A DNA stretch of 64,000 nt, taken from assembly GCF_009834535.1 (NCBI RefSeq), contig NC_045697.1, positions 29,142,001 through 29,206,000 on the forward strand, written 5' to 3'. Shown here in pieces: positions 14,177 to 27,419 of the stretch. The translations under genes were made by a program, and so were the position numbers. The notes under the pieces were generated by a model. The model was given only the letters and a program-made list of their open reading frames with translations. It had not been told where the DNA came from and ran no database searches. The stretch's first letter is position 1, and every line of letters begins with the position of its first letter. Source of the DNA: Camelus ferus. Its lineage: Eukaryota.

Positions 14177-14822
14177 GCAAAAACCCCGACTACCTTTCCA
14201 CTCTCTCTATCTGAACAGATCCTTTTTTTCCTTCACAGCTCTCCTCTAGAACCATTTTCCTCAGGAAGGCTTCTCATTGAGGTATCTCCCTTTCTCCAAA
14301 GGACTTAACCGCCACATGGCTTTGGCATTCCTGCTTTTGTATACATTTGACAACTGTGTGTTTGTCATCTGCAGACTTGCAAAATGGGTGGGAATTCCTG
14401 TTTCATCACAACACTGCATAAACTAAAATTCCACATTCGAAAATTAAAACGTGTGCACAAAGTTTTAAGACTTTCTCTCGATTTTTTGTTCATTTACATA
14501 GTTATTTACTTGCATGACAAGCTGATAGTACCTTGCGAAATATATCATATCCAAGCCACTTGCTTTCAACCTCTCTCCCTGCCAAGGGCATACACAGAGA
14601 AATTCACTCCCTTAGGTGCTCAATAACTGCTCTTGACAAGAATTCCAAACTATTGGTAAAATAATTTTGACTTTCAATACGAAGCCATAAATCATAATAA
14701 GAAAATTCAGCTTATGAAGAATCATTGTGAAACAAAGACCTCAAAGCCCAATGTCTTTAGATGTTTGGTGAGCAACTATGGAAAAGATTAGGAAGAAGGA
14801 AAGTCACAATAACAGATGCTAC

Positions 14823-14956
14823 CTCGAGCAGTAAAGATACGCATGTGTGAGCCTCTTCTGTTCTCCTACTGTATTTGTGTCAGCCTTCCAGTGTGAAATC
14901 CACATGTGCCTCTGAGACCTCGCTGCTTTGAGAAGCAGCTCATTTCTCCAGCTTTG
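14823..14956 (-). other. Weak candidate non-coding exon
   Basis: Minus strand: long T-rich tract then ...gtaaag| acceptor; donor GAG|gtagca. Both sites are non-optimal. Confidence 0.25.
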
Positions 14957-15624
14957 CTTTACAAAAAAGGAAAAAAAAAAAAAAAAGGCACTGGAGCAGC
15001 TTGTTAACACAGTATGTTTTTAGGAATGCCAATGCAGAAATGATCAGACTCAGAGTTAGTTCCAAGTGAAAGTATAAAAAGATTTATATGAAAATCACTT
15101 TGATCTGAAGTGTTAATGAAAATGATAGTTATGATTCCTTATAATTACTCAGATGGGTAATTTTTTTTAAATTGGAAAAACACATTACTGTGAAAACATA
15201 CTTTCACGAAGAGGAAGTAGAAACATCCCTCAAATTTACAAGCATGTGATTAACAATAACTGCTTATTAAACTTCTCCTGAGTGGTTGTCACTAATGCAC
15301 TTATTGGAAGTAAACCTACAAAATAGTAATAACAATATTAATTGAAGAAATAGAATGCCATTAATGGTACTTAGTTCTCTTTCAGAAATGAAGAAGGAAA
15401 AATTATGATACAAGAAATCTCCGTTTTAAACTCTTTATATGCACATACCTATGTGCCAGGAGACACATCAGCTAATAATTGAACTTAGATTGGAGAATTA
15501 AATAACTAAACACAGTAGCTAAGATTGAAACTGAGAATTTATCTAAATTTCAAATCAAACTAAAAATTGGTCCCTATCATTACCTTTCTTTTCACCAAGA
15601 ATTAAATGGAATTTTGAAATACGT

Positions 15625-15990
15625 ATGAAAACAAAATCAAAGACAAACTACAAATGGGATCAGCTGCTACAGATATTTTCATTATAATGAAAAGTCAATT
15701 TCCTTAATGTGCAAGAGCTTTTACAAATCAATAAAGAAAATGTAACCTAATAAATACTAGCAAAGATAGGAAGAGGCAGTGTGCAGAAAAAGAAAATTCT
15801 AAGTCCAATAAACATAAAAATATGTTCAACCTTATTCAAATCGAACTTTGTTCAATTAAATACATGTAAATCTAGACAAAAAAAAGTCCTATCGAATCAG
15901 CAAAAATTTTTAAATTTTATAACACCCACTGGTGGTGAAGGTTGGGGAAAACAGAGTCTTGTGTATACTCTAGTGGGAATATAAACCGGT
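15625..15990 (+). mobile_element. Old L1 (L1ME-like) fragment
   Basis: aagagcttttacaaatcaataaagaaaa...caataaacataaaaatatgttcaacc...ggtgaaggttggggaaaacag...gtgggaatataaa resembles the L1 ORF2 end. Confidence 0.7.
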
Positions 15991-16846
15991 ATAAGGGCAT
16001 GATAAAGCATTGTAAGGTGCCTGAGGACACAGAGTAAATTCTTTCATATCCATAGTTGTGCTTCCTAACCTACTGGCTTACTCGTACACGACAGATCCTC
16101 AGTACTAAATCTGTTAAATAACAAAAATATATTAATTTTCTCATTTGCATAAGAGAACAATCTAGCTTCTGCTCTATCAAAATGAAGAAGAAATGTTTAT
16201 ATTTTCAGTAATAAGGATAATTACTAATTTGTATAGTGGTGTATAATTTACAAAATTCATTCTTGTCTGTATTTTATCTCAGATTGTGGAATAATTAAAT
16301 TACTTATCAATATTTAGAAATGGATTACATGTAAGGGATACTTTTTGCAATGTTATGCCCTGGGATGGGCTACAGATTTAAGTGGAAGTTGTGAAATTTC
16401 TTCTTTGGTATAGGGTCCTTAGAGGGAATGGGGGTGAGTGTTGGGTAGAAGGAAAATGGGTTAAGAAACACTGGTTTTGGAATTTACAAATTCTGGTAGA
16501 ACCAATTTCCCATGAGATTATAATTTAACAGAGCACATATATGCCCTGTTTAAACTGTAAAGGCACTTACACAGCATTTGTAGCTGGTCTCTGGTTGATT
16601 TATATGTCATGATCTTGATAATCTACATATACATGTTTAATCAGTTCTTATCTGTCAGGTGATCCCTGACTGTTACCATTTTCTATAAGTCATCGCTGGT
16701 CCACTCACAGGGTTTCAGAATTATTTTGGATCCCAGAAGTCAATGCCAGTACTTCTTTAATTGCTCACTGGAGTGGAAATGTCTTAAGATTTCAGAGCCA
16801 CCAAAAATTATTCCCTGTGTGCCCCCAGGAAGGAGCAACCATAGGA

Positions 16847-16859
16847 TGGTCAAAGGTCA
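16847..16859 (+). promoter_or_regulatory. DR1 nuclear-receptor motif (HNF4/PPAR-RXR/COUP type)
   Basis: TGGTCAAAGGTCA, 12/13 to AGGTCAAAGGTCA; AP-1 TGAGTCA nearby at 16963-16969. Confidence 0.35.
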
Positions 16860-17098
16860 TCTATTAGCTCTTGTACATCACAGGTTTCTTTTAGAAACTT
16901 TATTGAGAATTGGCAGATAGAATTGAATGAGACAAAACAAACAAACAAACAAACAAACAGAATGAGTCAGAGTCTCAGGAACGGAGGCATTCCTTGTGGT
17001 CTTCACCACCTGATGATGTTAGTGATTTTACCTCTGCATCACCCATTTCTTTCCTATCAAAAACCAGTATCTAGATACGATGTATAATAAATATCCCC

Positions 17099-17099
<1 letters not shown>

Positions 17100-17135
<36 letters not shown>
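17100..17135. repeat. (CA)n microsatellite
   Basis: Seen directly. Confidence 0.95.
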
Positions 17136-17137
<2 letters not shown>

Positions 17138-18879
17138 CTTTACAGCTGCCTCAGTGTGATGCTTAACTTAATGTCTTAGCACTCTTTGAAAGGATCATCT
17201 AAAGCACTAGTGAGCTCTTATTCAGCTGGCCTAAAAGTTTTGGAAAATAGTAAGACAGCCAATAAAATTTACCAAGTGATAATATAGGGCTACAAAATGT
17301 ACTTAACACAACTTTCAATAATATATTCTCAGCGTAACAATGAAAATTATATTGGATATTGTTTAAGGAGCCCAAACACGAAGAGATTCTGTGCTGATCC
17401 CATGCCACTGCAAATGTCTAATTTAGAACTCATCATTAGTCTCCCTAATGTCCCATCTTTCACATCCTTGTATAATTATTTGTGCTACACAAAGAACAAG
17501 AATGGCTTGCCCTATGTATGAAGAGATAAATGAGATTTTAATTATTATTAATAGAATTATATCTTTGACTAATTCATACTAAATTCAGTCTTCCAAAAAG
17601 TAAATCTTTCAACTCATCCTTGGATAAAACTCATCTGCTGATATATATCTATATATCTCACAAAGAAAGTTGATTAACAACTTATAGACTGATGAGTTCT
17701 TTTCTTCACTTTTTCCCTAAGTATCACCTAGTATTCTCTAATTTCTCTGCACCTACAAGGCCGGGGAAAAAAGAGGGAATCCACATCCTTTCTACTGCTT
17801 AGTGATGCTTTGGATAAAAAGGTTTAATGGGACAAGAAAGAGTACTGGTTATACTTATCCTATTAACTAGAAGATCTTGGGGAAAATGTCTTTAAAATAT
17901 TTTATTTCTTCTTCCCACAGAAATGGAAATAATTATTTCCCTATAGCACCCTCAGAGATGGGGTCAGGGGGAAAAATATACGGTATGCATGAAAATGTTC
18001 TGAGTTACCAGGAAAAGAAGCAATATATTATTATTAAAATAATGCTTGCCTATTGCTTTAATATGAAATATTAATATTTATATTCAAATGGTAAAAACAT
18101 AAAGCTAATATCTAGCTATAGTTAATAAAATATTTTTATTAAAATATTACTTTGCTTGAAGGTTTTAGGATTATCTTAAAGAAAAACCATCCATACATAT
18201 CTAGAGGATGGCTATATTTTCATTTTAAAGGAAGCTAACTGAAAGTTTTCTGATGAGGATCGATCCCTATCTTTTTTCTTTTTGTAAAAGTAATGGCCAT
18301 TCTTTGGCTGAAGGATGAGAATAACACGCCTGTACTTTTTTTTACTTCTGAGAAATGCCTATCAGACACATAAACAGCAGCCATGTGCCTTGAAGCTGCA
18401 GTGGGAGAACACGCTCCCCCCACGGAGTCTCAGGTCCCAGGCCCTTACTGTTAGCTCCTCTGGTGAGTTCAGAGAGGACATTTCTATCTCCATCTCAAGA
18501 GGAGAAATTGAGGTATTATAAAACTTAAATTAGAATTTTTTAGTGACACCATTTTCATAATAATGGCACTCCCATCCTGAGCTTGTTTCAAATTTGTTTA
18601 GGAAAATAATTTCCTGCCCTTATTCTCGTATCATCATTATAATATAGAAAAATGATCAAATAAGTAAGGTCTGAGATCTTTCAGAAAAGTTACAGCCAAG
18701 GCTGCCACACTTAGCAGCAAATGCTGGTGAGGTTCATCTTGGTAGCATGTGAGGTGGTTGGCAAAGAAGTACAAACTAATGGAAACACAACTCCAAGCTC
18801 TGTAGCTACTTTACATGTGGTTAGCTCTGCACAGGCCCACCTGACCTAACAACAACAATAACAACAACAACTACATAAG

Positions 18880-19130
18880 AATAGCTAACCCTAACTGAGC
18901 ATTTGCCATGTACCAATTCTAGGCTAAGACTTCACATGTCAGCTCATTTAACCCTCATAACAATACTGTGAGGTAGTATCTTCATGCTTATTTTACAAAT
19001 GTGGAGAATGAGACTTAGAGAACTTAAATAAGTTGCCCAAAGTCTCACAGCTATTAAGGGACAGAGACAGAGCTCACATCCAGGCAGCCAGACTCCAGGA
19101 ACCATGTTTTGACCTAGAACCATAATGCCA
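18880..19130 (-). mobile_element. MIR SINE
   Basis: actgagcatttgccatgtacca...ctcatttaaccctcataacaatactgtgaggtag...ttttacaaatgtggagaatgagacttagag...ttgcccaaagtctcacagct. Confidence 0.9.
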
Positions 19131-19304
19131 CATGGACTCCATCATAGTGAGAAATCAGTATTACATCAATTATTCTCTGTGTACTACCTTCATGGATCCT
19201 GTCACTAGAAGGTCTGAATGCACTGGCTCAGATGCAGCATTGGTCACCCACACTCACAAACTGTCTTGTGAGATAGATAATGAAGGCAACAATTAAACTG
19301 CAGT

Positions 19305-22300
19305 GAAAAAACTAACCTTCCACTTTAAAAAACTAGAAAAAGAAGATCAAACTAAATCTGAAACAACATAAGGAAGAAATGAAATTAAATAGGAATAAGG
19401 ACTCGAACAGAAATAAAGGAAATGGAGAAGAGAAAAACAATAAAGAAAATCAAGGAAACTGAAAGCTGGTTCTTTGAAAAGCTCAATATTCACAAACCCT
19501 TAGCTAGAATGACCAAGAAAATAAGAGAGAAGACTCAATTTACTAAACTTGGGAATAAAAGAGGGACATCACTACTGACCTCACAGAAGTAAAAAAGATT
19601 ATAAGGGAATATTATATGCTGGCAAATCTATGACCTAGATGTAATGAACAATTTCCTAGAAAGGCACAACTACTAAAACAGACTCAAGAAGAAATAGAGA
19701 ATCTGAACAGACTTGTAATAAGTGAAGAGTTTAAGTTAGTAATAATTATTTTTTCCACAAAAAAAAGTCCAGGAGCAGATAGCTCCCCTAGTGAATTCTA
19801 CCAAATGTGTAAAGTATGATTATTACCAATCCTTCATAAGCTCTTCCAAAAAACAGAAGAGGATGGAACATTTCTCAGTTTAATGAGGCCAATGTTACCT
19901 TGCTACAAAAATCCAGACAAAGGCATCACAAGAAAGCTACAAATCAATATCTCTTATGAATATAGATGCAAAAATCCTTAGCAAAATACTAGCAAATTGA
20001 ATAAAACAACATAGAAAGGATTACACACCATGACCAAGTGTGATTTATCCCAGGAATGCAAGGTTTTAACATAGGAAAATCAATCAATGCAATACACTAT
20101 AGTTTATTAATAAAGAACAAAAACCATACATATTATTTCAATAGACCCCCCCAAAAAAAAACTTCTGACACAATGCAACAACCTTTTATGATTAAAACAC
20201 TCAACAAATTAGGAACCAAGGGAACTTCTTCAACATGATAAAAAGCATCTACGAAAGCCCACAACTAACATCAAACTTCATGGTAAAAGATAGAATGCTT
20301 TTCCCCTAAGGTCTATAAACAAGACAAGGGTGCTCACTTTTTGCCATATCTACTCAACATTATACTGGAGATTTTAGCCAGGGCAATTAGACAAGAAAAA
20401 GAAATAATAATAATAATAATAATAAGGGCATCTTCATTGGAAAGGAAGAAATAAAACTACATATATTCACAGGTGACATGATTTTATATGTAGAAAACCC
20501 TAAAGAATTCACTAAAACACTTAGAATTACTAAACAAGTTTAACAAGGTTGCAGGATACAAGACCAACACACAAACATCAATTGTATTTCTATGCATCAT
20601 CAACGAACAATTCAAAAAATGAAATTAACAAAATAACTTCATTTAAAATAGCAACAAAAATAACGAAATAATATGAAAACTTCAAAATGTTGTAATAGAT
20701 GAAAGAAGATCTAAATCAACAGAAAAACATCTCATATTTATGGATCAAAGATATAATATTGTTAAGATGGCAGTACACCTCAAACTGATGTATGTATTCA
20801 ACACAATCCTCATCAATATCCCAGCTAGCTTCTTTGAAGAAATGGTAAGCTGATCAAATTCATAAAAAAATCAAAGAGGCCCATAACAACCAAAACAGTT
20901 CTGAAAAAGAAGAGCAAAGTTGGAAGACTCACATTTCCCAGTTTCAAAACTTACTATAAAGCTGTGGTAATTAAGACAGTATAGTGCTAGCATAAGAAGA
21001 GACATACTGACCAATGGAATAGAACTGAGAGCCCAGAAACAAACAAACAAAACAACATGCATCTATAGTCAATTGATTTTTGACAAAGGTGTTAAGTCCA
21101 CTCAATGCAAAAAGAATAGTCTTTTTAAAAAATGATACAAGGACAACTATTCAAATACAGGAGAATGAAGCTGGACCCATAACTCATACCATAAATAAAA
21201 ATTAAAAAATAATGTATCAATCACCCAAATCTAAGAGCTAAAACTGTAAAACTCTTAGAAGAAAAGATAGGTGTAAACCTTCATGACCTTGGACCAGGCA
21301 ATGCCATTTTAGATTTGACATCAAAAGCATAAGCAACAAAAGAAAAAAATCATTAAATTGTACTTAGCTAAAATGAAATGTTTTTGTGCCTTGGATGACA
21401 TCATTAAGAAAGTGACAGGATAACCCACAAAGTAAGAGAAAATATTTGCAAATTATATATTTAATAAGGGGCTTGTGTAAAAGTATATCGAGAACTCCGA
21501 CAACTCAATAATAAAAAGAAAAGTAACTCAGCTGAAAAGCAGGCAAAAATCTGAATAGACTTTCTTCAAGGAAGATAAACAAAGAACCAAAAAGCACTTG
21601 GAAAATGCTCAACATAATTAGCCAACAAGGAAATGCAAATTAAAACTGCAAAGAGATACCACTTCACACCCTCTAGGATGACTATAACCAAAAAGGCTGA
21701 TCATAACAAGTTTTGGAAAATGTATAGACACTTGAACCCTCATACACTGCTAATGGGAATGTAAAATGGTGTGGCCACTTTGAAAAATTGTCTGGCAGTT
21801 CCTCAAAGGGTGGAACACAGAGTCACCATGTGACCCAGCAACTCCACTCCTAAGTATATATCCAAGAGGAATGAATACTTGAGACCACACAAAAATTTGT
21901 ACACAAATTGATCATAGCAGCATTGTAATAGCCCAAAATTCGAGCCAACCCAAATGTCTATCAACTGATGAATAAATAAAAAGTGGTATATTCAATGGAA
22001 AACTATTCAGCAATAAAAAGGAATGAAGTACTGAAACATAGCACAAGGACAAACCTTGAAAACGTTAACCTTAGTGAAAGAAGCCAGTTACAAAAGACCA
22101 CATATACTGATTCCATTTATATGAAATGTTCAGAACAGGCAAATTTATAAAGACTGAAAGTAGATTAGTGGTTGTATACGGCTGGACTGCAGGGGTGGGA
22201 AGGAAAGGGAAGTGTCTGTTAATGTGTACAGGGGATTTTTTACAGAGGTAATGAAAATGTTCTGAAATTGATTGTAATGATGGTTGCACAACTTCAGTAT

Positions 22301-22400
22301 ATTAGTATAAATATACTAAACCCCATTAAATTGTATGCTTTAAATTGTGTGGAAGGTGAATTATATCCCAAATAAAGCTGTTATTAAAAAAATTAAAAAG
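19305..22400 (+). mobile_element. 5'-truncated, degenerate L1 (L1MB-like): ORF2 RT/C-terminal region, 3' UTR and poly(A)
   Basis: Collinear L1 ORF2 motifs (tggttctttgaaaa; atagatgcaaaaatcctt; ccaggaatgcaaggtt; ORF MQGFNIGKSINAIHY), L1MB-type 3' UTR (gaaagaagccagttacaaaagaccacata...aataaagctgtt) and many stops/frameshifts. Confidence 0.95.
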
Positions 22401-22793
22401 CATGTGAGTGAGAATGGAAGAATGGCAGATGCTGACACTCTCCACCCTGACTTCAGGAGCATCTGTTTCAAAGGCTTCCCCTAAATCTCTCCTGTCCTAA
22501 CCATCATGCCCCAGAAATGAAATTCATGCATTCAGCTGTGGGAACTGTGATGTGTCTGTTACATGTTCTCTACTAACTTCATTTCAGACTAGAACCTTAT
22601 AGGTAAAACATCACTACCCAGAATAATATTACAGAGAAGGTTCTGTTATGAAAATGATATATTTATATCCTGGTGGATGACTTGGTGCTCCAGCTCTTTG
22701 TTATCCTCACAGTGAACAGCTTTCCAAGAAAATGCTTTCTCTGATCCCTGCTCATGCAGTACTCTGTCTGTAACAAAGTCACAGATAATGCCT

Positions 22794-22826
22794 GTGCGTG
22801 CGTGCGTGCGTGCGTGCGTGTGTGTG
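22794..22826. repeat. (GTGC)n/(GT)n microsatellite
   Basis: Seen directly. Confidence 0.9.
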
Positions 22827-24299
22827 CTGGGGAAGGGAGTGTGTGGTTTGCTGGGGAAGGGAGTCTGGGGGGTCAGAGCACTGCTAAACTGAGCAATGCA
22901 TAATTAACCTCCCTTCCTAGCCCCAGCAAGCAATGACTCTCTTCATCTTCCCCTTATATTTCCCCTCCTCAATCATCTACATCACTCCAGCCAACCCTCC
23001 TTTCTAACAACAGAGTGGTTTAGGAGAAAGAAATCAAGGCTTAGAGTCTGGCAGACATGAGCTCAAAATCTAACCTTATTGCTTTCCACTTAGCAACCTT
23101 GGGCAAGCCTCAGGTGTCAAATTTGTAAAGATCATACAATACCCAAATTGCTAAGTTCTCACTACAGAGCTGGGTAACTGAGAATGCACACCTGAATAAG
23201 ATACAGACTCTGCAGTTGAAAAACTCATCATCTAGTAGGAAACAGAAATACAAACAAATAATGATCACAACACAGTGTGATATAAGCCGTGATAGAAGGT
23301 GCCGTGAAGGCGGGAATGACTAATTCTCCTAAAAGTTGAGAAAGAGGAATAAGTCTTTATGGTGTGACTGTGAGATTTCAATAAGACAATGTGTTCACAG
23401 AGCACTTGGCAAATAGCAAGTGCTCAGAGTGTGAAGTTCTTTCCCCACAAAGGGCCCTAGGAATTCAGATGAAAAAAATGTTTAAGGTTTGCTGAGAGAG
23501 GTAAGAAACTGGAAAGGGCTGTTCTGGCCAGTTATTATCAAGGGCTAATTCAACTAAAGACAGCTGGGTATCAGTGCTTTATTTCTTCCTGCCCACAAAC
23601 ATGATAACTAGAAAGACATTCATCAAAATAAATCTATACTATAACAAATAAATGTGGATGTTCTGGGGTTAATATTATGAATTTTAACACATAATTCTAA
23701 CTGTGCCAAATTAGAACATCCAGTAAAATGATCTAAAAATTCTTTAGTCTCCCCTTAACCATTCAGTATATATTTTTTGACTCATTATTACGTGGTACCA
23801 GGCAACAGAGACATAAAGTTGAACTTACAAGCTTATAAATGACTAGGAAAGATAAAACAAATCCTTAATCATTGTAATATTTGACAGAATAGCATGTTGT
23901 ATTTATTTCCCCACAACAATTACTCAGGAGAGTTTCTTGCTCTTGAAACAAAGCAGGGAGATAATGTTCATAATATTGGTTCCTTCCTGATCAGATCTGT
24001 ACTCAAGCCAAATTCTAGAACTAGATAGTTGCCAGTGGGCTTCCTCTTGGTGAAAAAAAAAAAAGATAAAGTTTCTCAACAGAGACAAGTCAAGTACTCA
24101 GTGTTCTTCTCAGAGGAAAATCTTGCTGAAATGATAAAACCTCTACCGGTTATCAAGAGGCTTAGCTACATAGATAAACAATCTTGAGAGTCAGTAAAAC
24201 CATGGTAGTGTAAGGAAGGTGGTGTAATTTATCTTTGGAGTCTTTGGCATAAGATACAGGGATCAACAAAGCCCCTGCACTGCAGAAAAAGAGCTCAGG

Positions 24300-24710
24300 A
24301 GGACAGCAGACATGTACTTCCTCCTGCCTGTCCACCTTCCCGTGTCTCCCAGTAAGAGACCCCTCCATGTCCCAGAACTTAGCGACAGGTCCAAGCATGG
24401 CACCATGCTGGTGAATCGAGTCCTTCTGAGGATGAGAAAGCTGTGGGGTTTTCCTTAGGAATGAGAGTTGTAAGAACAAAAAACAACACAGAGGACGACA
24501 GACTAAGAGATAAAGAGAGAAAAATAATCCTGATGACCTCTTTTAACTCCTTTGAGCCAATCATTCTCAACCCTTTGGAATTTCCAGCTAAGTGATCATA
24601 GATGTGATTTTATGTATAGAATTTAATTTGATATATTTGTTTGATGATTCCTTAAGCTATTTGAGACTGGATTTCTTCACTTGCAACCAAATGAATCCCA
24701 AACAGCAAAC
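24300..24710 (+). mobile_element. MaLR LTR (MLT1J/K-like) remnant
   Basis: 3' end cttaagctatttgagactggatttcttcacttgcaaccaaatgaatcc...aaca and internal gagataaagagaga...tcctgatgac match old MLT1 LTRs; 5' boundary uncertain. Confidence 0.6.
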
Positions 24711-24928
24711 AGTCTCACTGTACCTCTCTTCCTTGGAATATATTATTGTGGGATAGGGTAACTAAGGTCACATAGTAATCTCACCTAACCCCAATTCACT
24801 CTTCTCACAGTTCAACAAATGTGCTCTGCACATCTCATAAAAAGCTGCCATTTTCCCTCCTCAATTCCTTTAGTAAAATTTTACTCTGCCTCTTTGCCCT
24901 TAATGAAAAGGGCATTTCAGTGTTTTTG

Positions 24929-24990
24929 GAAGAACAGTGCCAGTGTATCTTTAAAGAGAAGAACAGTGCCAGTGTATCTTTAAAGAGAAG
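24929..24990. repeat. Perfect 29-bp tandem duplication
   Basis: gaagaacagtgccagtgtatctttaaaga x2 plus gaag. Confidence 0.95.
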
Positions 24991-25049
24991 TGCTGACATT
25001 CAAACAGAAAATTAACAAAGGATATTCCAATAAAGAAGTCTCCTCCTAG

Positions 25050-25829
25050 GGTTTGGAGAAAAGGAAACCCTCCTGCACTGTTGGAAGGAATGTAATTTGG
25101 TGCAGCCACTATGGAGAACAGTATAGAAATTCCTTAAAACACCAAAAATAGACTTACTATGTGATCTAGCAATCCCACTCCTGGGCATATATCCAGAGAA
25201 AACTCTGATTCGAAAAGATACATGCCCCCCAATGTTCATAGCAGCACTATTTATAATACCCAAGACATGAAGGCAACCTAAATATCCACCCACAGATAAA
25301 TGGATGAAGAAGATGTAGTATGTGTATATATACACAATCAAATACTACTCCAGCCATAAAAAAAGAATGATACAATGCCATATGCAGCAACACGGATGGA
25401 CCTAGAGATTATTGTACTAAGTGAAGTCAGTCAGAAAAAGACAAATATCATATGATATCACTTATATGTGGAATCTAAAAAATGATACAAATGAACTTAT
25501 TTACAAAACAAAGAGACTCACAGATACAGAAAACAAATTCATGGTTACCAAAGGAGAAGGTGGTGGAAGGCAGGGACAAATTAGGAGTTTGGGATAATCG
25601 GATACAAACTAGTTTATATAAAATAGATAAACAAGCTCCTACTGTATAGCACAGGAAACTATATCCAATAGCTTATAATAACCTATATGAAAAAGAATAT
25701 ATATATATATATATATAGACACATACATACATTTATATAAAACTGAATGACTACCCTGTACATCAGAAACTGGCACAACATTGTAAATCAAATATACTTC
25801 AATTAAAAAAAAAAAGAAAAAAAAAAAAA
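25050..25829 (+). mobile_element. Relatively young 5'-truncated L1 (cetartiodactyl/camelid-type 3' end)
   Basis: ORF2 C-terminal sequence (ggagaaaaggaaaccctcctgcactgttgg), 3' UTR ctactgtatagcacagg...tatacttcaattaaaa, long poly(A), TSD core ctcctcctag at 25040-25049 and 25834-25843. Confidence 0.95.
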
Positions 25830-26424
25830 GAGGCTCCTCCTAGCAGTTCCTTATTTTGAACTTGTGAAAAGTTGTCACATCTCTCCCCTTCTCTGTCTCT
25901 CTCTCTCTCTAGTAAAAGCTTATAGAAAATTTCCATGTTCATGGAGCGTTTTTTTTTTTACAATTATTAAAGCCAAATGCCACTGAAGTGCAGCTCCTAA
26001 AAGGCCCTGTCACCTGTCAGTTCCATATCTGTGCCTGCTATCCTGAGCAGTGTTAACTGGGATTGCTCAGAGGACACAGAAACAACTGATCATCCTCATT
26101 TCTCTATTTCCTTTTATTTTATTTGCCTCCCCTTTTCTCCCTTAGAAAAAAGACAGCGAGGACAGATAAGAATAAAGAACAAAACCTATTGGGAGGTAGC
26201 TTTTACAGAAAACCGTGGAAAATCTATAAGAGAATTTTTGACCAGGGTTGAACCAGATCCGCATCTGTTTGAGCTAAGCAGCAGCTTACTCATAAATCTG
26301 CTTATCTATAGAGCAAAGCAAGGCTATCAGCAAGAATGATGGCTCCAAGCTGCCATTTGGTCTAAATTATTATATATCAACCTTGGTTGAACAACCTTGG
26401 CTAGAGAACTTAAAAAAAAAAACC

Positions 26425-26510
26425 CTAGAATTTGTGTAGGGTCCTAGGCCTTAGTAGTTTTTAACAGCTCCTCTGGGTGATTATAATACGCAGCCAAGGT
26501 CAAAACTACT
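26425..26510. mobile_element. MER5-like hAT MITE fragment
   Basis: ttttaacagctcctctgggtgattataatacgcagccaaggtcaaaactact. Confidence 0.6.
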
Positions 26511-26644
26511 CATCTATACAGACATCCAAACAAACTCTTTACCCAACCATTGCAATTGTCCTGGGCAGTTTTGGCTATAACCAAAATGGCCACAAACAGT
26601 GCTAAGGCTGCTTACATTCCTTCTTCTCCACAAGCAGGTAAGTA

Positions 26645-26870
26645 CAGCTATCAGTTATGAAGTCTTTACTGCACATCACCTGTACTAAGCACCTTACATA
26701 ATCATCTTGAATCCTTACAACCATTCTGGAAACTAGTACCATTTCCAATTTCAGCATAAGAAACAGAGAAATGTAGCTGTAAAGGAATTTACTGCACAGC
26801 AAGTAAGTGGCACAGCGAGACCCCAATCCAAGTTTGCACTCCCTCCACAGCCCCTCACCACTGGGTCTTT
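26645..26870 (-). mobile_element. MIR SINE
   Basis: tactaagcaccttacataatcatcttgaatccttacaacc...cagcataagaaacagag...taagtggcacag. Confidence 0.75.
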
Positions 26871-27379
26871 AATCCAAAGCTGGTATCCTTCTAACAACGT
26901 GTGTAAATACATGACTATTTTAAACACTAGTGAAGACTAAGAGAAATACGTATAAATACAAGTTTTCTTCATTTTATATTATGAACTATAAGTGCTGATT
27001 ATTTTAAAAAATTTCTCCAATTCTAGAAAGAGACAGATATGAACAGCGATTTTCAGCCTACCTTCAAAACTCTAATGTCCATTTGCAATTTGAACTTACT
27101 TCATTGAGCAAGCTGGTTTTGCTTAGCCTGGTGAATACACAGTTGGTTTGGGCCACATATCAGCAGTGAACCTTTTAGAATAATACATATCCCAGGACAC
27201 CAGTTACCAAAAATCTATGCTTCTTTAAATTCCTTTTCCTGAAGATGTTTAAGTTACTGTTAAATCTGGAAATTCTTCTTAGGGATCCTTGGAAAATAAA
27301 CTATAATACAGCATTCTATTAAAAACTGTTAAGTATGATAGTTGATATGATAGGTTTTAATTGCTAGAAAACATAAGGT

Positions 27380-27381
<2 letters not shown>

Positions 27382-27416
<35 letters not shown>
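27382..27416. repeat. (CA)n microsatellite
   Basis: Seen directly. Confidence 0.95.

Positions 27417-27419
<3 letters not shown>

Noticed and set aside
19305..22400. Possible active reverse transcriptase gene
   Set aside because: 5'-truncated L1 with numerous stops and frameshifts
24929..24990. CRISPR-like 27-29 bp direct repeats (also 32912-32962)
   Set aside because: Only two adjacent copies with no spacers, in a eukaryotic context; simple tandem duplications
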